Source of the DNA: a virus
Lineage: Duplodnaviria; Caudoviricetes
IMG/VR virus record: IMGVR_UViG_3300037312_000412
Coordinates: 4,466-68,465 of that record
Length of the DNA stretch: 64,000 bases
Direction: 5' to 3' (one strand)
Shown here: positions 18,172 to 27,848 of the stretch, piece by piece
Position numbering within the stretch: position 1 is the stretch's first letter
How the letters are laid out: the number at the start of each line of letters is the position of its first letter
Made by a program: the position numbers and the translations under genes
Notes under the pieces: generated by a model
The model's input: the letters and a program-made list of their open reading frames with translations, nothing else
Databases searched by the model: none
Told to the model about the DNA's origin: nothing

Positions 18172-18436
18172 CGGCAGGTTGCATAAACCAGAGCGAATAT
18201 GTCGGAGGTTTTTCACCGCACCTAGGGAATTTCCCCATTGCGTAGTGGGAACTCGTCTTGAAGTCGGAACGGGAGTGAGTGAGTTTTGATACTGGCCATC
18301 CGGGAAGATGGTTAGTTGCTGTAGCGGATGCGACCCGCGGCGGTCGCCTGGATGCTCTCGCCCAGTTTTAACAGCAAGCCTCGCGATTGGAGCGAACCGG
18401 GGCACGAGAGCGGAATCGGAAGCGGAGGCTGCAAAG

Positions 18437-18643
18437 ATGCGGCAAGAGCAGGACGAGGGCAACGGAGGGAACGAGCCGAATGAAGTAGCGACCAAAAAAG
18501 TTCAGGCGTATCGGGTTGTGGATGAGGCTGGGAATGTCCTGTACGATTGCGTGTCGTCGGATGAAGCGGACGGGTTCGTGAGTTCGTGGAATGGGCGGGC
18601 GAAGTCGATGCCCCGCGTCAGGAAAGTTCCGGTCGAGGAGTGA
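18437..18643 (+). CDS. Hypothetical protein upstream of the integrase
   Basis: GGAGG RBS; ends 3 nt before the integrase start. Confidence 0.55.
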   Translation: MRQEQDEGNGGNEPNEVATKKVQAYRVVDEAGNVLYDCVSSDEADGFVSSWNGRAKSMPRVRKVPVEE

Positions 18644-18646
18644 GGC

Positions 18647-20248
18647 ATGAAGCCTGCAGCGATGTACCTGCGGATGTCTTCCGCCAAGCAGGACACGTCG
18701 ATTCCGGACCAGCGAAAGGCGGTCAAGGAATACGCCAAAAAGAACGGATTCAAGCTGGTCGCGGAGTACGCCGACCACGCCATCAGCGGTGACGATACCG
18801 AACGTCGCATTGAGTTCCAGCGGATGATTGCCGACGCTGTCTCCGGCAAGTTCAAGTTCATCCTGTGCTGGGACGCGAGCCGGTTCGGCCGCTTCGATTT
18901 GATCGAGGGCGGCTACTGGATCCGCCCATTGCGAGACGCCGGTATCACGCTGGTCACGCTGGACCGCGGCGAGATCTCATGGAACGACTTCGCCAGCCGG
19001 ATTATCTGGAGCGTCGAAACGGAAGGGCGACACGCCTATTTGCGAGACCTTGCCCGCAATGTGATGCGCGGCAAACTCGCAGCGGCGCAGCAGGGAATCT
19101 GGACCGGAAAACCGCCATTCGGTTACAGGCTCGTGGATAAGCGACTCGCCGTCCACGATGAAGAAGCATCGATCGTGCGGCAGATCTTCGCGGACTACCT
19201 CGCAGGCACGGGACTATTCTCGCTTGCCAATGACCTGCAGATCCGCGGCGTTCGGACTTCTAAAGGCGGAATCTGGGGACGCACGAGTCTGGCGCGGTTG
19301 CTGAGAAACACAGCCTACATCGGGATATACCGCTGGAATCACCGCTCGACTGCGAAATACATCCAGGTGACCGGCGGCGTGTGCTCTGAGGTGACGAGCA
19401 AAGGACGGACGATCTACCACTCGGAAGAGGACTGGGTCACCATTGAAGACGCCCACCCCCCGCTCGTGGAGCGCGACGTGTTCGATGCGGTTCAGCGAGA
19501 GTTGAAGGTGCGGCAGCGATGCACAACGCCGGGTGCCTCGAAGCGGTTTTTGCTAACCGGACTGCTGGTGTGCGGGCACTGCGGAGCGCCGATGCACGGA
19601 CGGGAGAACAAGCGCAGCGGCGTGATTCGTTACACCTGCGGAGCCTACCTACGCGGTGTGCACGATCACGCCAACACCGTTGGGCAGGACGAAGTGCTCG
19701 CTGCGATCATCGAGCAAGTCAACCAAAGATACTGCACTGCCCGTGGAATTGCGGCTCTCCGCAAACGCGCCGAGAAGGCGCGAGCGCGGCTGGAATCGCA
19801 TGACGATCAAGCCGACGTCGCCCGAAAGATCGACGCTATCGACGCGAAGCTCGCCAAGGCAAAGCGCCGGCTCGTCGAGGTGGACTCAGACCTTGTGGGC
19901 GTGGTCCAGGATCACATCCGGGAACTGCAGCAGAGCCGCGAGCATCTGGAGTCCCAACTGCCCACGAAGCCCATCAAGCCGACCGACATTGATGTCGGAA
20001 TCGACGAGGTCGTTCAGAGCTATCGCAAGATCGTCGAGACACTGATGCGAAGAAACCCCGCCGACGTAAAGCGTTGGCTGCGGAAGATTGTTCATTTCGC
20101 CACTGTGACCGCGGTCAAGAGACAGGCTGGCAGTCGATCGTTCCACGATTTCGATTCCTGCGACGTGAATCTGCATCCCGCGAGCGCAGTGTTGTCCACT
20201 CCGTCTGAACAAACGGAACAAGTCTGCGCATTGCTGCGGCGAGCCTAA
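18647..20248 (+). CDS. Large serine recombinase (integrase)
   Basis: YLRMSS catalytic Ser, SIPDQ, D.AISG..R.EFQRM, SRFGR, G.W.GKPPFGY, zinc ribbon LLTGLLVCGHCGAPM, coiled coil. Confidence 0.96.
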   Translation: MKPAAMYLRMSSAKQDTSIPDQRKAVKEYAKKNGFKLVAEYADHAISGDDTERRIEFQRMIADAVSGKFKFILCWDASRFGRFDLIEGGYWIRPLRDAGITLVTLDRGEISWNDFASRIIWSVETEGRHAYLRDLARNVMRGKLAAAQQGIWTGKPPFGYRLVDKRLAVHDEEASIVRQIFADYLAGTGLFSLANDLQIRGVRTSKGGIWGRTSLARLLRNTAYIGIYRWNHRSTAKYIQVTGGVCSEVTSKGRTIYHSEEDWVTIEDAHPPLVERDVFDAVQRELKVRQRCTTPGASKRFLLTGLLVCGHCGAPMHGRENKRSGVIRYTCGAYLRGVHDHANTVGQDEVLAAIIEQVNQRYCTARGIAALRKRAEKARARLESHDDQADVARKIDAIDAKLAKAKRRLVEVDSDLVGVVQDHIRELQQSREHLESQLPTKPIKPTDIDVGIDEVVQSYRKIVETLMRRNPADVKRWLRKIVHFATVTAVKRQAGSRSFHDFDSCDVNLHPASAVLSTPSEQTEQVCALLRRA

Positions 20249-20523
20249 ACCCGCTCCAGGCGGTCGTTCAGGTCTGACCCCGACTTGTTGACGAACTTCG
20301 TCAGCAGTTTCACGCCCTGCGATCCGGCGAGCGAGCCGTCGAACTGTACGAACTCGACGTGCTGCTGCTCCATATCGACCGCCAGCGATTCGACCGCGCC
20401 TGCGATTTGACGCAGTTTCGCGGCCAGCGCTCGCATGTCGGAAACCGTCACCTTCACTTTTCGCGGCGACCGGCCCTTTTCGTCTGCCGCCTTCTTGGTG
20501 GTCTTTTTTGGCGACTTTGCCAT
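20245..20523 (-). CDS. Small basic protein, paralogue of 20811-21053
   Basis: Lys-rich N-terminus; ungapped 67-aa alignment to the divergent gene. Confidence 0.75.
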   Translation of the reverse strand: MAKSPKKTTKKAADEKGRSPRKVKVTVSDMRALAAKLRQIAGAVESLAVDMEQQHVEFVQFDGSLAGSQGVKLLTKFVNKSGSDLNDRLERV

Positions 20524-20605
20524 CGCTGCCCCCTGGGGTTCGATAGGTAATCCGCAAAACTCCACCAGATAACAGCATCTTGCTCCTTTAGTGGCAATAC
20601 GTTGC

Positions 20606-20664
20606 GGCAAGTTGAAGAAAACTTGCCAAAAAGTTATTGACTAACTTGCAGACAAGATTAGAAT
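20606..20664 (+). promoter_or_regulatory. Promoter TTGACT-N16-TAGAAT with overlapping operator-like palindromes
   Basis: GGCAAGTT-N6-AACTTGCC (20606-20627) and AAGTTA-N5-TAACTT (20631-20647, overlapping the -35). Confidence 0.75.
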
Positions 20665-20810
20665 AGGGTCCATGCGACGTGCAAGCAACGGCAAAAAACG
20701 AGAGGTCAAGGTGACGTGCCGGATCAGTGAGACCGGCACCGAGTCCGATTTCCTCGACGACTTCGCCGAGACGCTTCTCAGGGAATGGATCAACACACGG
20801 AGGGCTGCTG

Positions 20811-21053
20811 ATGACCAGCAGAACGCCAAGACGGCGAGAGTTCGCCGCAAAGGATCTCGACGGGTTCGCGAAGCATCTGGAGGCGTGGGCGGCCGAACTG
20901 CGGTCGATCACGTCGGAGATGCGGACGAAGAAAGTGAAGGCGGTCGCGATTGATGGCGGCAAACAGCCGACCGTTGCCGAATCGGCGATTCGCCTGTTTG
21001 TTGGGAAGGCGCGCGGGGCGCTGACGACAGCCGGCACGCTGGTTGAAGCCTAG
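20811..21053 (+). CDS. Small protein, paralogue of 20245-20523
   Basis: GGAGG RBS; DLDGFAKHL..WAAELRSI..EM...V..V.IDG. Confidence 0.75.
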   Translation: MTSRTPRRREFAAKDLDGFAKHLEAWAAELRSITSEMRTKKVKAVAIDGGKQPTVAESAIRLFVGKARGALTTAGTLVEA

Positions 21054-21062
21054 AGGTGCAAC

Positions 21063-21659
21063 ATGGAAGTCACCGAATCCCTGCGAAAGCGATTCAACGA
21101 CAAGGTGCATGTCACAGACGGATGCCACTTCTGGCGCGGTGCCAGTCGAGGCGTCGGCTACGGCTGCATCAAGATTGAAGGCAAGGTGGTGGACGCCCAT
21201 CGCGTTGCGTGGGTGCTCGCTAATGGACAAGTGCCGGAAGGAATGTTCGTGCTGCACAGTTGCGACCATCGAAGCTGCGTGAACCCAGTGCATCTGCGTC
21301 TGGGGAGTGCGGCCGACAACGCGCACGACGCCGTGAACCGCGGGCGGATGGGTGGATCAAATCGCGTCCTGTCCTACGCACAGGCGGAACACATCCGGGC
21401 TCTATACGAACTCGGCAACACGACCATTGCGGCGCTGGCGACAGAGTTTGGCGTGGGCGACGAAACGGTCCGCAAGATTATCATCGGCGAGACGTACACC
21501 AGCCCGTCAATCGACTTGAAGCCGACAAGCCGCGCACCGCTGACGCCAGAGCAGATCGCACAGATTCGGAATGAGTACGAGAGCGGCGTGTCGAAGCGGC
21601 AACTGGCGCGGAAGCATCGGATTGCGCCCACCACGTTGCATCGACTGCTCGCGAAGTAA
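21063..21659 (+). CDS. HNH endonuclease with C-terminal HTH repeats
   Basis: AHRVAW, VLHSCDHRSCVNPVHL..GSAADNAHD; two HTH-like segments. Confidence 0.9.
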   Translation: MEVTESLRKRFNDKVHVTDGCHFWRGASRGVGYGCIKIEGKVVDAHRVAWVLANGQVPEGMFVLHSCDHRSCVNPVHLRLGSAADNAHDAVNRGRMGGSNRVLSYAQAEHIRALYELGNTTIAALATEFGVGDETVRKIIIGETYTSPSIDLKPTSRAPLTPEQIAQIRNEYESGVSKRQLARKHRIAPTTLHRLLAK

Positions 21660-21808
21660 GGATCCCCCAGCCATGAACCCCATACTCAACCACCCGGCAA
21701 CACTTCTCGGTCTCGCGATTGCGATTCTGTGGGCGATGAGTCGGGTGCATGGGTGGATTTTCGACGGCTGGGAACAAACGTAGGACGCAACAGAACAGGG
21801 AGAGTTCG

Positions 21809-22054
21809 ATGGCCGAGAAACTTGAGTCGTTCGATTTTGGTGGTCACGGGGGAAGGCGCGCTACTTATCCGTGGGGTGAATGGCTCGACGGGTCAATCTG
21901 GAAGCTGACCCTTGGTGTCGATTTTTCAGGGTCGTTGAATTCATTCCGAAACAACATCTACGTCACCGCTCGCCGCAAAGGCAGGGGCGTGAGACTGAGA
22001 ATTGTTGAGGGTGCAATCGTGTTACAGGCATTCGAACGCAAACAGCCTGCATGA
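21809..22054 (+). CDS. Hypothetical DNA-binding protein
   Basis: YPWGEWLDG motif seen in small phage proteins; GGAG RBS. Confidence 0.65.
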   Translation: MAEKLESFDFGGHGGRRATYPWGEWLDGSIWKLTLGVDFSGSLNSFRNNIYVTARRKGRGVRLRIVEGAIVLQAFERKQPA

Positions 22055-22136
22055 GTTTTAGCCAGAGGGGCGATTGTCGCCCAAGCAATACCGGCTGACT
22101 ATGGACGGCCGGGGACTACCTGTGGAGTTGACAGCA

Positions 22137-22367
22137 ATGGATGAACGACAAGGGAAACGTGGGCTTGTGCTTACCCGCAAGCTGGGTGAAACAGTGGTCG
22201 CGGGCGACATGACCGTGACGGTGGTGGAACTCAAGCGTGGCTCGGTGCGGTTGCAGTTCAAGGCACCGCAGGAGCGGCGGATTCTTCGCGGCGAGTTGCT
22301 TGAGTCGGAGCAGTCGCCAAAACAGTCAGTATCGCAGAGGCAGCCCGCGCTTCGTCGGGTTGCATAG
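22137..22367 (+). CDS. csrA: CsrA/RsmA family RNA-binding protein (copy 1)
   Basis: LVLTRKLGETVVAGDMTVTVVE...SVRL.F.AP....ILRGEL. Confidence 0.88.
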   Translation: MDERQGKRGLVLTRKLGETVVAGDMTVTVVELKRGSVRLQFKAPQERRILRGELLESEQSPKQSVSQRQPALRRVA

Positions 22368-22428
22368 GCGAAACCAAGGACGGCTTGTTGGCTAGATCCA
22401 ACAATGACCCGCCGGCGGAGCCGGCACA

Positions 22429-22503
22429 TGTGGGATGGAGTAATGGCAACTCACTGAACCGCCCCAGCGTTCAGAGTCTCGGGTCCGATTCCCGATCCCG
22501 CGC
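22429..22503 (+). ncRNA. tRNA-like cloverleaf with an 11-nt anticodon loop (degenerate tRNA or regulatory RNA)
   Basis: Acceptor TGTGGGA/TCCCGCG, T8, D-arm GAGT-AATGGCA-ACTC, CTGAA/TTCAG arm, T-arm TCGGG-TCCGATT-CCCGA. Confidence 0.7.
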
Positions 22504-22644
22504 TCGCGTTACACGGACTTTTCGTAACAGCTCAAGTCCCGCCATTCCGAGCGGGCTCCCACAGAAGGGAACTCCCATGCCAACCATCCTGGCCGTCATC
22601 GGTGGCTTTGCTGTCGCAATCGCAATTGCGCTGCGAGGTGACCT

Positions 22645-22860
22645 GTGAGCACTCAGAACTACGACGAAGCTCGCGATAGCCTGCCTGTCGAACTGGTGCC
22701 TGTGTTCGAGCAGATGCTTGAGGAATACAAGTTCTCGACGACGCTGCATCACGGTCGCGGGGTCTCGTCTCCGAAGGTCATCGCCGAGATGGTGCGCGCT
22801 GGCTGGAGACCGAGTGGAGAGCCTATCGGTGGCTGGGCGAAAAAACCCAAGGACGACTGA
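22645..22860 (+). CDS. Hypothetical protein
   Basis: GAGG RBS; compact ORF. Confidence 0.65.
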   Translation: MSTQNYDEARDSLPVELVPVFEQMLEEYKFSTTLHHGRGVSSPKVIAEMVRAGWRPSGEPIGGWAKKPKDD

Positions 22861-22930
22861 CCAGGGACGCACGGGAAACGGACTTCCACGCCGCATGACG
22901 CGGCACTTTGTTCACACAGGAGACCGGGTG

Positions 22931-23383
22931 ATGAAAACCGCAACCTTCAAGCCGCTCTGTGTCCGTTGGATGATCCGTGCAGACCTACCGAGCGTCGAGT
23001 ACGCAGACGGGTTCACCGGCGGACAAGAAATCATCGACCTGCTGCGGGACAAGAACACCATCGGCATGGTCATCGAGCAAGAGGACGAATCACTTGGGTT
23101 CATGGTGTACCAACTGAGCGCATCGCACATCGAACTGCTTCGCCTCGGCGTGCATGCCGAACACCGCCGCATGGGCGTCGGCACCAGGATGATTCAGCGG
23201 CTCGCTGGCAAGATCGTCCACAGCAAGCGCGACCACATCGCCTGCGAGGTTGCCGAGCGGAACGTGGCGGCGCAGTTGTTCCTTCGCAATTCAGGCTTCA
23301 AGGCGCTACCGCCGGAGCGGGGCGCAGAGAGTTACAGGATGTGCCTCTGGAGACCGGAATCATGCTGTTCGGAATCGCGGTGA
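22931..23383 (+). CDS. rimI: RimI-like GNAT N-acetyltransferase
   Basis: VRWMIR.D, IGMV.E..GFMVY, GVHAEHRRMGVGT (acetyl-CoA motif), EVAERNVAAQLFL...GF. Confidence 0.85.
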   Translation: MKTATFKPLCVRWMIRADLPSVEYADGFTGGQEIIDLLRDKNTIGMVIEQEDESLGFMVYQLSASHIELLRLGVHAEHRRMGVGTRMIQRLAGKIVHSKRDHIACEVAERNVAAQLFLRNSGFKALPPERGAESYRMCLWRPESCCSESR

Positions 23384-23672
23384 TTTACGGCGTGTCGATA
23401 CCGGGCGTGATCCTGGCGTTTTGTTTCAGCCGGTGCGAAGTGCCGGGTGACTGGGAGATTTGAGGCAATGGACAATCGGCAGTTCAACGTAAACGGCAGT
23501 GGTCTGCAGATGCTGATAGACGCCATAAATTTGGCATGCCAGCAACAGGCAGACGGTAGCGGAATACAAGGTATCGTTGCGTGGATTGTGATCCCCAACA
23601 AGGGGCTCGTGTGGCTCTGGGCGAAGCACGACGTGTGCGCCGACGCGATGGGTGTCTGACAGGAATCGAGCG

Positions 23673-24701
23673 ATGGAGCGCCTGAATGAGTTGGCACTAT
23701 TTGCCGGAGCTGGCGGAGGCATCCTTGGTGGCATCCTGTGCGGGTTCCACACCGTCTGTGCAGTGGAAATCGAGCCCTTCTGCCGGGAAGTGCTGCTGCG
23801 GCGTCAAAGGGACGGTTTGCTCCCCGTGTTCCCAATCTGGGACGACGTGCGAACCTTCGACGGGCGACCGTGGCGTGGACTCGTGGATGTCGTCACTGGC
23901 GGCTTCCCGTGCCAAGACATCTCTGTTGCCGGAAGCGGCGCGGGCATCGACGGAGAGCGAAGCGGACTCTGGAAAGACATGGCACGCATCATCGGCGAAG
24001 TGGGACCGCGATTTGTGCTTGTGGAGAACTCACCAGCGCTCACTTCTCGGGGGCTGGGAACCGTACTCAGCGACCTTTCCGAGATGGGGTTCGATGCGAA
24101 ATGGGGAGTTGTATCCGCAGAAGACGCCATCTGGCTTGGCGGAACTCCGTGCGTATATCACGAGCGGGAAAGAATCTGGATTGTCGCAACAGTTCCCGAC
24201 TCCGAACTGCATCGGTTATCGCTCGGATGGGGAATTGAGGATTCTAGCCCGCACGATGGATCGGGACGAGTTGCGGCAGATTTGCGACCGGGCGGCACAG
24301 AGCAAGATCGACAAGGCGTTGTCCGAGAAGGTTCCGACGCCTCGCTCTGCAGATGGTCAGCACGGCGGGGTGACGCCAACGGACACCACGGCCCGCAGAG
24401 TGGCGAACGGCAAAGCGAACTTGTCGGAGTACATCCGGGAGCAGACCCGCAAAGTCCCGACACCAACAGCAACGAGTTGGAAGGGCTGGAGTCCAGGTCA
24501 CAACCGAGCGAACTCCGACGACCGATTGGACTACACGATAGAACGGGAAGCATCGCAGGCGGGGACTGGTGGGCGACTGAACCCGACGTGGGAAGAGTGG
24601 CTCATGGGGTGGCCAATCGGATGGACCGAATTGAAGCCATCGGCAACGGGCAGGTTCCAGCAGTGGTGCGACTCGCATGGAATCTCCTGCGAAACAGTTG
24701 A
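23673..24701 (+). CDS. DNA cytosine-C5 methyltransferase, alpha polypeptide (motifs I-VIII and X)
   Basis: LFAGAGG, VEIE, GGFPCQD, ENSP, ERERIWIV, AIGNGQVP; no motif IX in this frame. Confidence 0.9.
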   Translation: MERLNELALFAGAGGGILGGILCGFHTVCAVEIEPFCREVLLRRQRDGLLPVFPIWDDVRTFDGRPWRGLVDVVTGGFPCQDISVAGSGAGIDGERSGLWKDMARIIGEVGPRFVLVENSPALTSRGLGTVLSDLSEMGFDAKWGVVSAEDAIWLGGTPCVYHERERIWIVATVPDSELHRLSLGWGIEDSSPHDGSGRVAADLRPGGTEQDRQGVVREGSDASLCRWSARRGDANGHHGPQSGERQSELVGVHPGADPQSPDTNSNELEGLESRSQPSELRRPIGLHDRTGSIAGGDWWATEPDVGRVAHGVANRMDRIEAIGNGQVPAVVRLAWNLLRNS

Positions 24702-24705
24702 GTAG
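23686..24705 (+). CDS. Overlapping +1-frame ORF: C5 methyltransferase beta polypeptide (motif IX, PTP repeats)
   Basis: 339 aa without a stop; own GGAG RBS; GRLNPTWEEWLMGWPIGWT; three PTP segments. Confidence 0.82.
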   Translation: MSWHYLPELAEASLVASCAGSTPSVQWKSSPSAGKCCCGVKGTVCSPCSQSGTTCEPSTGDRGVDSWMSSLAASRAKTSLLPEAARASTESEADSGKTWHASSAKWDRDLCLWRTHQRSLLGGWEPYSATFPRWGSMRNGELYPQKTPSGLAELRAYITSGKESGLSQQFPTPNCIGYRSDGELRILARTMDRDELRQICDRAAQSKIDKALSEKVPTPRSADGQHGGVTPTDTTARRVANGKANLSEYIREQTRKVPTPTATSWKGWSPGHNRANSDDRLDYTIEREASQAGTGGRLNPTWEEWLMGWPIGWTELKPSATGRFQQWCDSHGISCETVE

Positions 24706-24739
24706 CCCCCGCTTACCCCCGAGCACACAGGAGCAGCAC

Positions 24740-27710
24740 ATGGCGACGAAGCACACGGCGGGACCTTGGGCGACATTTGACGAAGAGACTGGCGAAGCGA
24801 AGGAAGGCGAACTGTCCGTAGGAGTCGGGACCGATGCGTCCGACGGACCGGCTATCGCGTGGTGCAATCCGCTATCGAATTATGAGGAGTCGCAGGCAAA
24901 CGCGAAGCTGATTGCCGCCGCGCCTGACCTACTTGAAGTCCTGGACGACGCCCCGCTCCCATCTGTCCAAGGCAGATGGGACGAATTTCTGCCGCGATAC
25001 ACAGCTTGGCTGAAACGACGCACCGCCGCAATCGCCCGCGCCACCAACTGAGCGAAAGGACACGCCATGAGCGGACACAAAGATCCCAAGAACTACGCCC
25101 ACAGCGAGAAGTTCGAATGCCCGCACTGCGGCGAGGAGCAGGACAGTACGGTTGACCACTACGTAGTTCATGACGAGCCCGGAGCATTCGCGCACAACTG
25201 CTGGGTTTGTGGCAAGAAATTCACGGTCGAGGACAACGGCGGCGGGTCGTTCACTGTCACGCCCAAGTAGCCCGAGCCCACAAGGAGTGAGCCATGACGA
25301 TTTATTTCGCCACCTACGACCTCCGCACCGACCTGCTCGAAGCTGGCGGCAGATCCGACCGCCACGACCTGCGGATGTACATCTCGTTTTCAGTCCCGTT
25401 CAGCGTACATGCCCACGGCGAGCACGCAGAACTCGTGACCGAGGACATCGTCTGTAAGTCCTGGGAACTCTGGGACTACACAACCGGCAAGCGGTTGCTG
25501 GGGAGCGGCAGGTACACCGAACTGGAGGGGCGTGCCTGGGTAGCGACGTTCGTGGAGATGATTTCAGGCGACAGCACTGACGCCGTGAATCTGCGGTGCG
25601 AGGTGCAGCGGGAGTGCTTGAAGTCGCTGGATGCGGATACGGATAGGGGCTGGAAGGAACGTCATTCAGGAGACGCGGCATGACACAGCCAATATCGCCT
25701 GCGGAAATTCTCAGCAACTCCAAGGTGTCAGCGACGTGCGTAGCTCGAATTAACGAACTGCTGCAGGAGCGGCTGTCCACTCATGGAAACAAATTCGGAA
25801 CAGCAGGACGGGTGGACATTCTGCACGAAGAACTCGACCAGTTCTCATATCGCGTCGAGGACGTAATTCGCCTGTACGAAGGCGTTGGGTGGACCGTGAC
25901 AGACAATCCGAGCAGCCGAGGCGGACCATATCTGTGCTTTGAATGCTGACGCGGCGTAACTCCGTCGAGCATTGAGACGGTGGCTTTTGAGAGGGGAGAG
26001 AGGGCATGAAGTTTATAGCGACAAGGCAGAGCTATCACGGAACGATTCGAGCCAACGCGAATTACTGCATCATCGCGTGCCTTGTGAATCGCCGGCTGAA
26101 ACGCGGTTTCAAAGCATGCGTTGGGCTGGATGACCTGCTCATCGTCAGGGGGGACGCCACGGTTTGCACTCGCAAGCTCCCGCCGAAAGCGCTGGCCCTG
26201 CGGGAGCGTTTCGACTCCGGACATTCCGATCCCTGGACATTCGCAATTCAGATTCCCGCGACGTTCCTGCGCAATTAGGGAGACGTCTGATGTTCCAGAA
26301 CGACGCGGAGCGGGGCGAATACTGCTGGACTGAACCGGCTCCGCGCGCAGCCTTGAGTATGCCTCTGGTGATTCGCGACCCCTGCAAGCTCGTTAAGAGT
26401 CGCTGTGAATGGCTGGGCGCGATGACAACTACCGACTTGGCGACACGCCTTGCGACCGTGAACGCCGCGTATTTCACCCTCATCGAACTCCACAAACTCT
26501 GAACCCAGTTTTCCCGATTCACCGAGCAGTACCTGAGGGCGAAATGAGCGAACAACTTCGGATTGAATGCCGTGGCGATGTGTCAGAAGTCTGGAAAGGC
26601 GATTGTCGCATCGCCCAGTTCTATGGCGCAGACGCTCACGAGGATGCCCTGAAGCATCTCCGCTCCAAGCAACCCCCGTCCGGCGAGACGGTGCGGGTGC
26701 GGATTGCTGTGGCTGTTGATGACCGTGGCTGGTGGGCGGCATTTGGAACCGGATGCCAGCATGGCAATCAGGACGACGACAGCATGAAGGCTGAGGCAGA
26801 CACTAGCGGAATGGGACGCGAGGTGTGGCATTTCATCGAAGCCGACATGCCCATACCCGCCAAGGTCGAGCCGCAAGTGATTGAAGGGACGGTGACGGAA
26901 TGAGCAGCCGCTTCAAGTACATGACTCGCGACGGGCACTCCACTAGCGTCGAGTTCTGGGAGTCGCAACCAGAGTGGGATGAGGATTCCCGGATGTGGGA
27001 TAGCGACGAAGAGACGCCAGCGATGACTGTGCATTTCGTTCTACTGGAGCACTTCGTCGAAGAGGGGGAATGTCGCGAGATCAGCGAAATGCCGCGAATC
27101 AAAAGCTGCGGGAGTCATCCGCAATGATCCGCCTCCACGAACCACCCGCCACCCCCTACGCGCTGACAGTCCAAGCGAGCCTGGAACTCACCAGCGCCGC
27201 GAAGTTCATCGAAGCAGCAGTCGAGACACAGAGCCTGTTGCCCAACATCGACTCGGCGATTCAGTCGCTCGTGCGGGCACGGGAGTTGATTGGCGGGGAG
27301 TCCAACAGAGAAGGAGCACGGAAGTGAAATACGACATCGTTGAATTCATGGAGAACTACGGCTGGCAGCACGCTTTTAACGAAGCCGTCAACGGGCAGTG
27401 CCTCGACACCTACAACCCAGAGACAGATGAGCGCAACTTCGGTCCCGTTGCGAATGTCGCGGAAGTGTACGCCGCATCCGAAGGCGAGAACGACGGAGCA
27501 ATCTGGATCTGCGTATGCCGCATGGATGATGGTCGATTCGCCGTGATGCGTGCCGGCTGCGACTACACGGGATGGGACTGCCAAGCCAGTGGCACGATGG
27601 AATACTTCGGCTCGCTCGAATTGGCCGTCAGCAAGTTGACCCTCACGGCGGAGGAAATCGAGCGACTTCGCGCCGACATCGAAGAACGCGGCATTCACAC
27701 GGACTGGTAG
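24740..27710 (+). other. Array of small early hypothetical genes (24740-25051, 25067-25270 Zn finger, 25294-25683, 25680-25949, 26006-26278, 26290-26502, 26544-26903, 26900-27127, 27124-27327, 27324-27710)
   Basis: Same-strand tiling with RBSs and ATGA overlaps; the first belongs to the KHT.GPW..ANA.LIAAAPDLL family. Confidence 0.7.
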
Positions 27711-27848
27711 CTCCCGCCGGAGCCTAAACGGCCGTTGGCGACTGACGCTCCAGTTGTGGCGACACCTTGCCTCCGTTGAGTTAGTGGTGTGGCAGTCGGG
27801 AGAGACCGGCGACGTTTTGAAAAACCACAACGCAAAGGACTGCGAAAC

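Noticed and set aside
20672-20953. 93-aa ORF right after the promoter as a Cro or excisionase
   Set aside because: It overlaps the better-supported 20811 gene by 143 nt and has a weak RBS and no recognisable motif. It may be real but is not supported enough to call.
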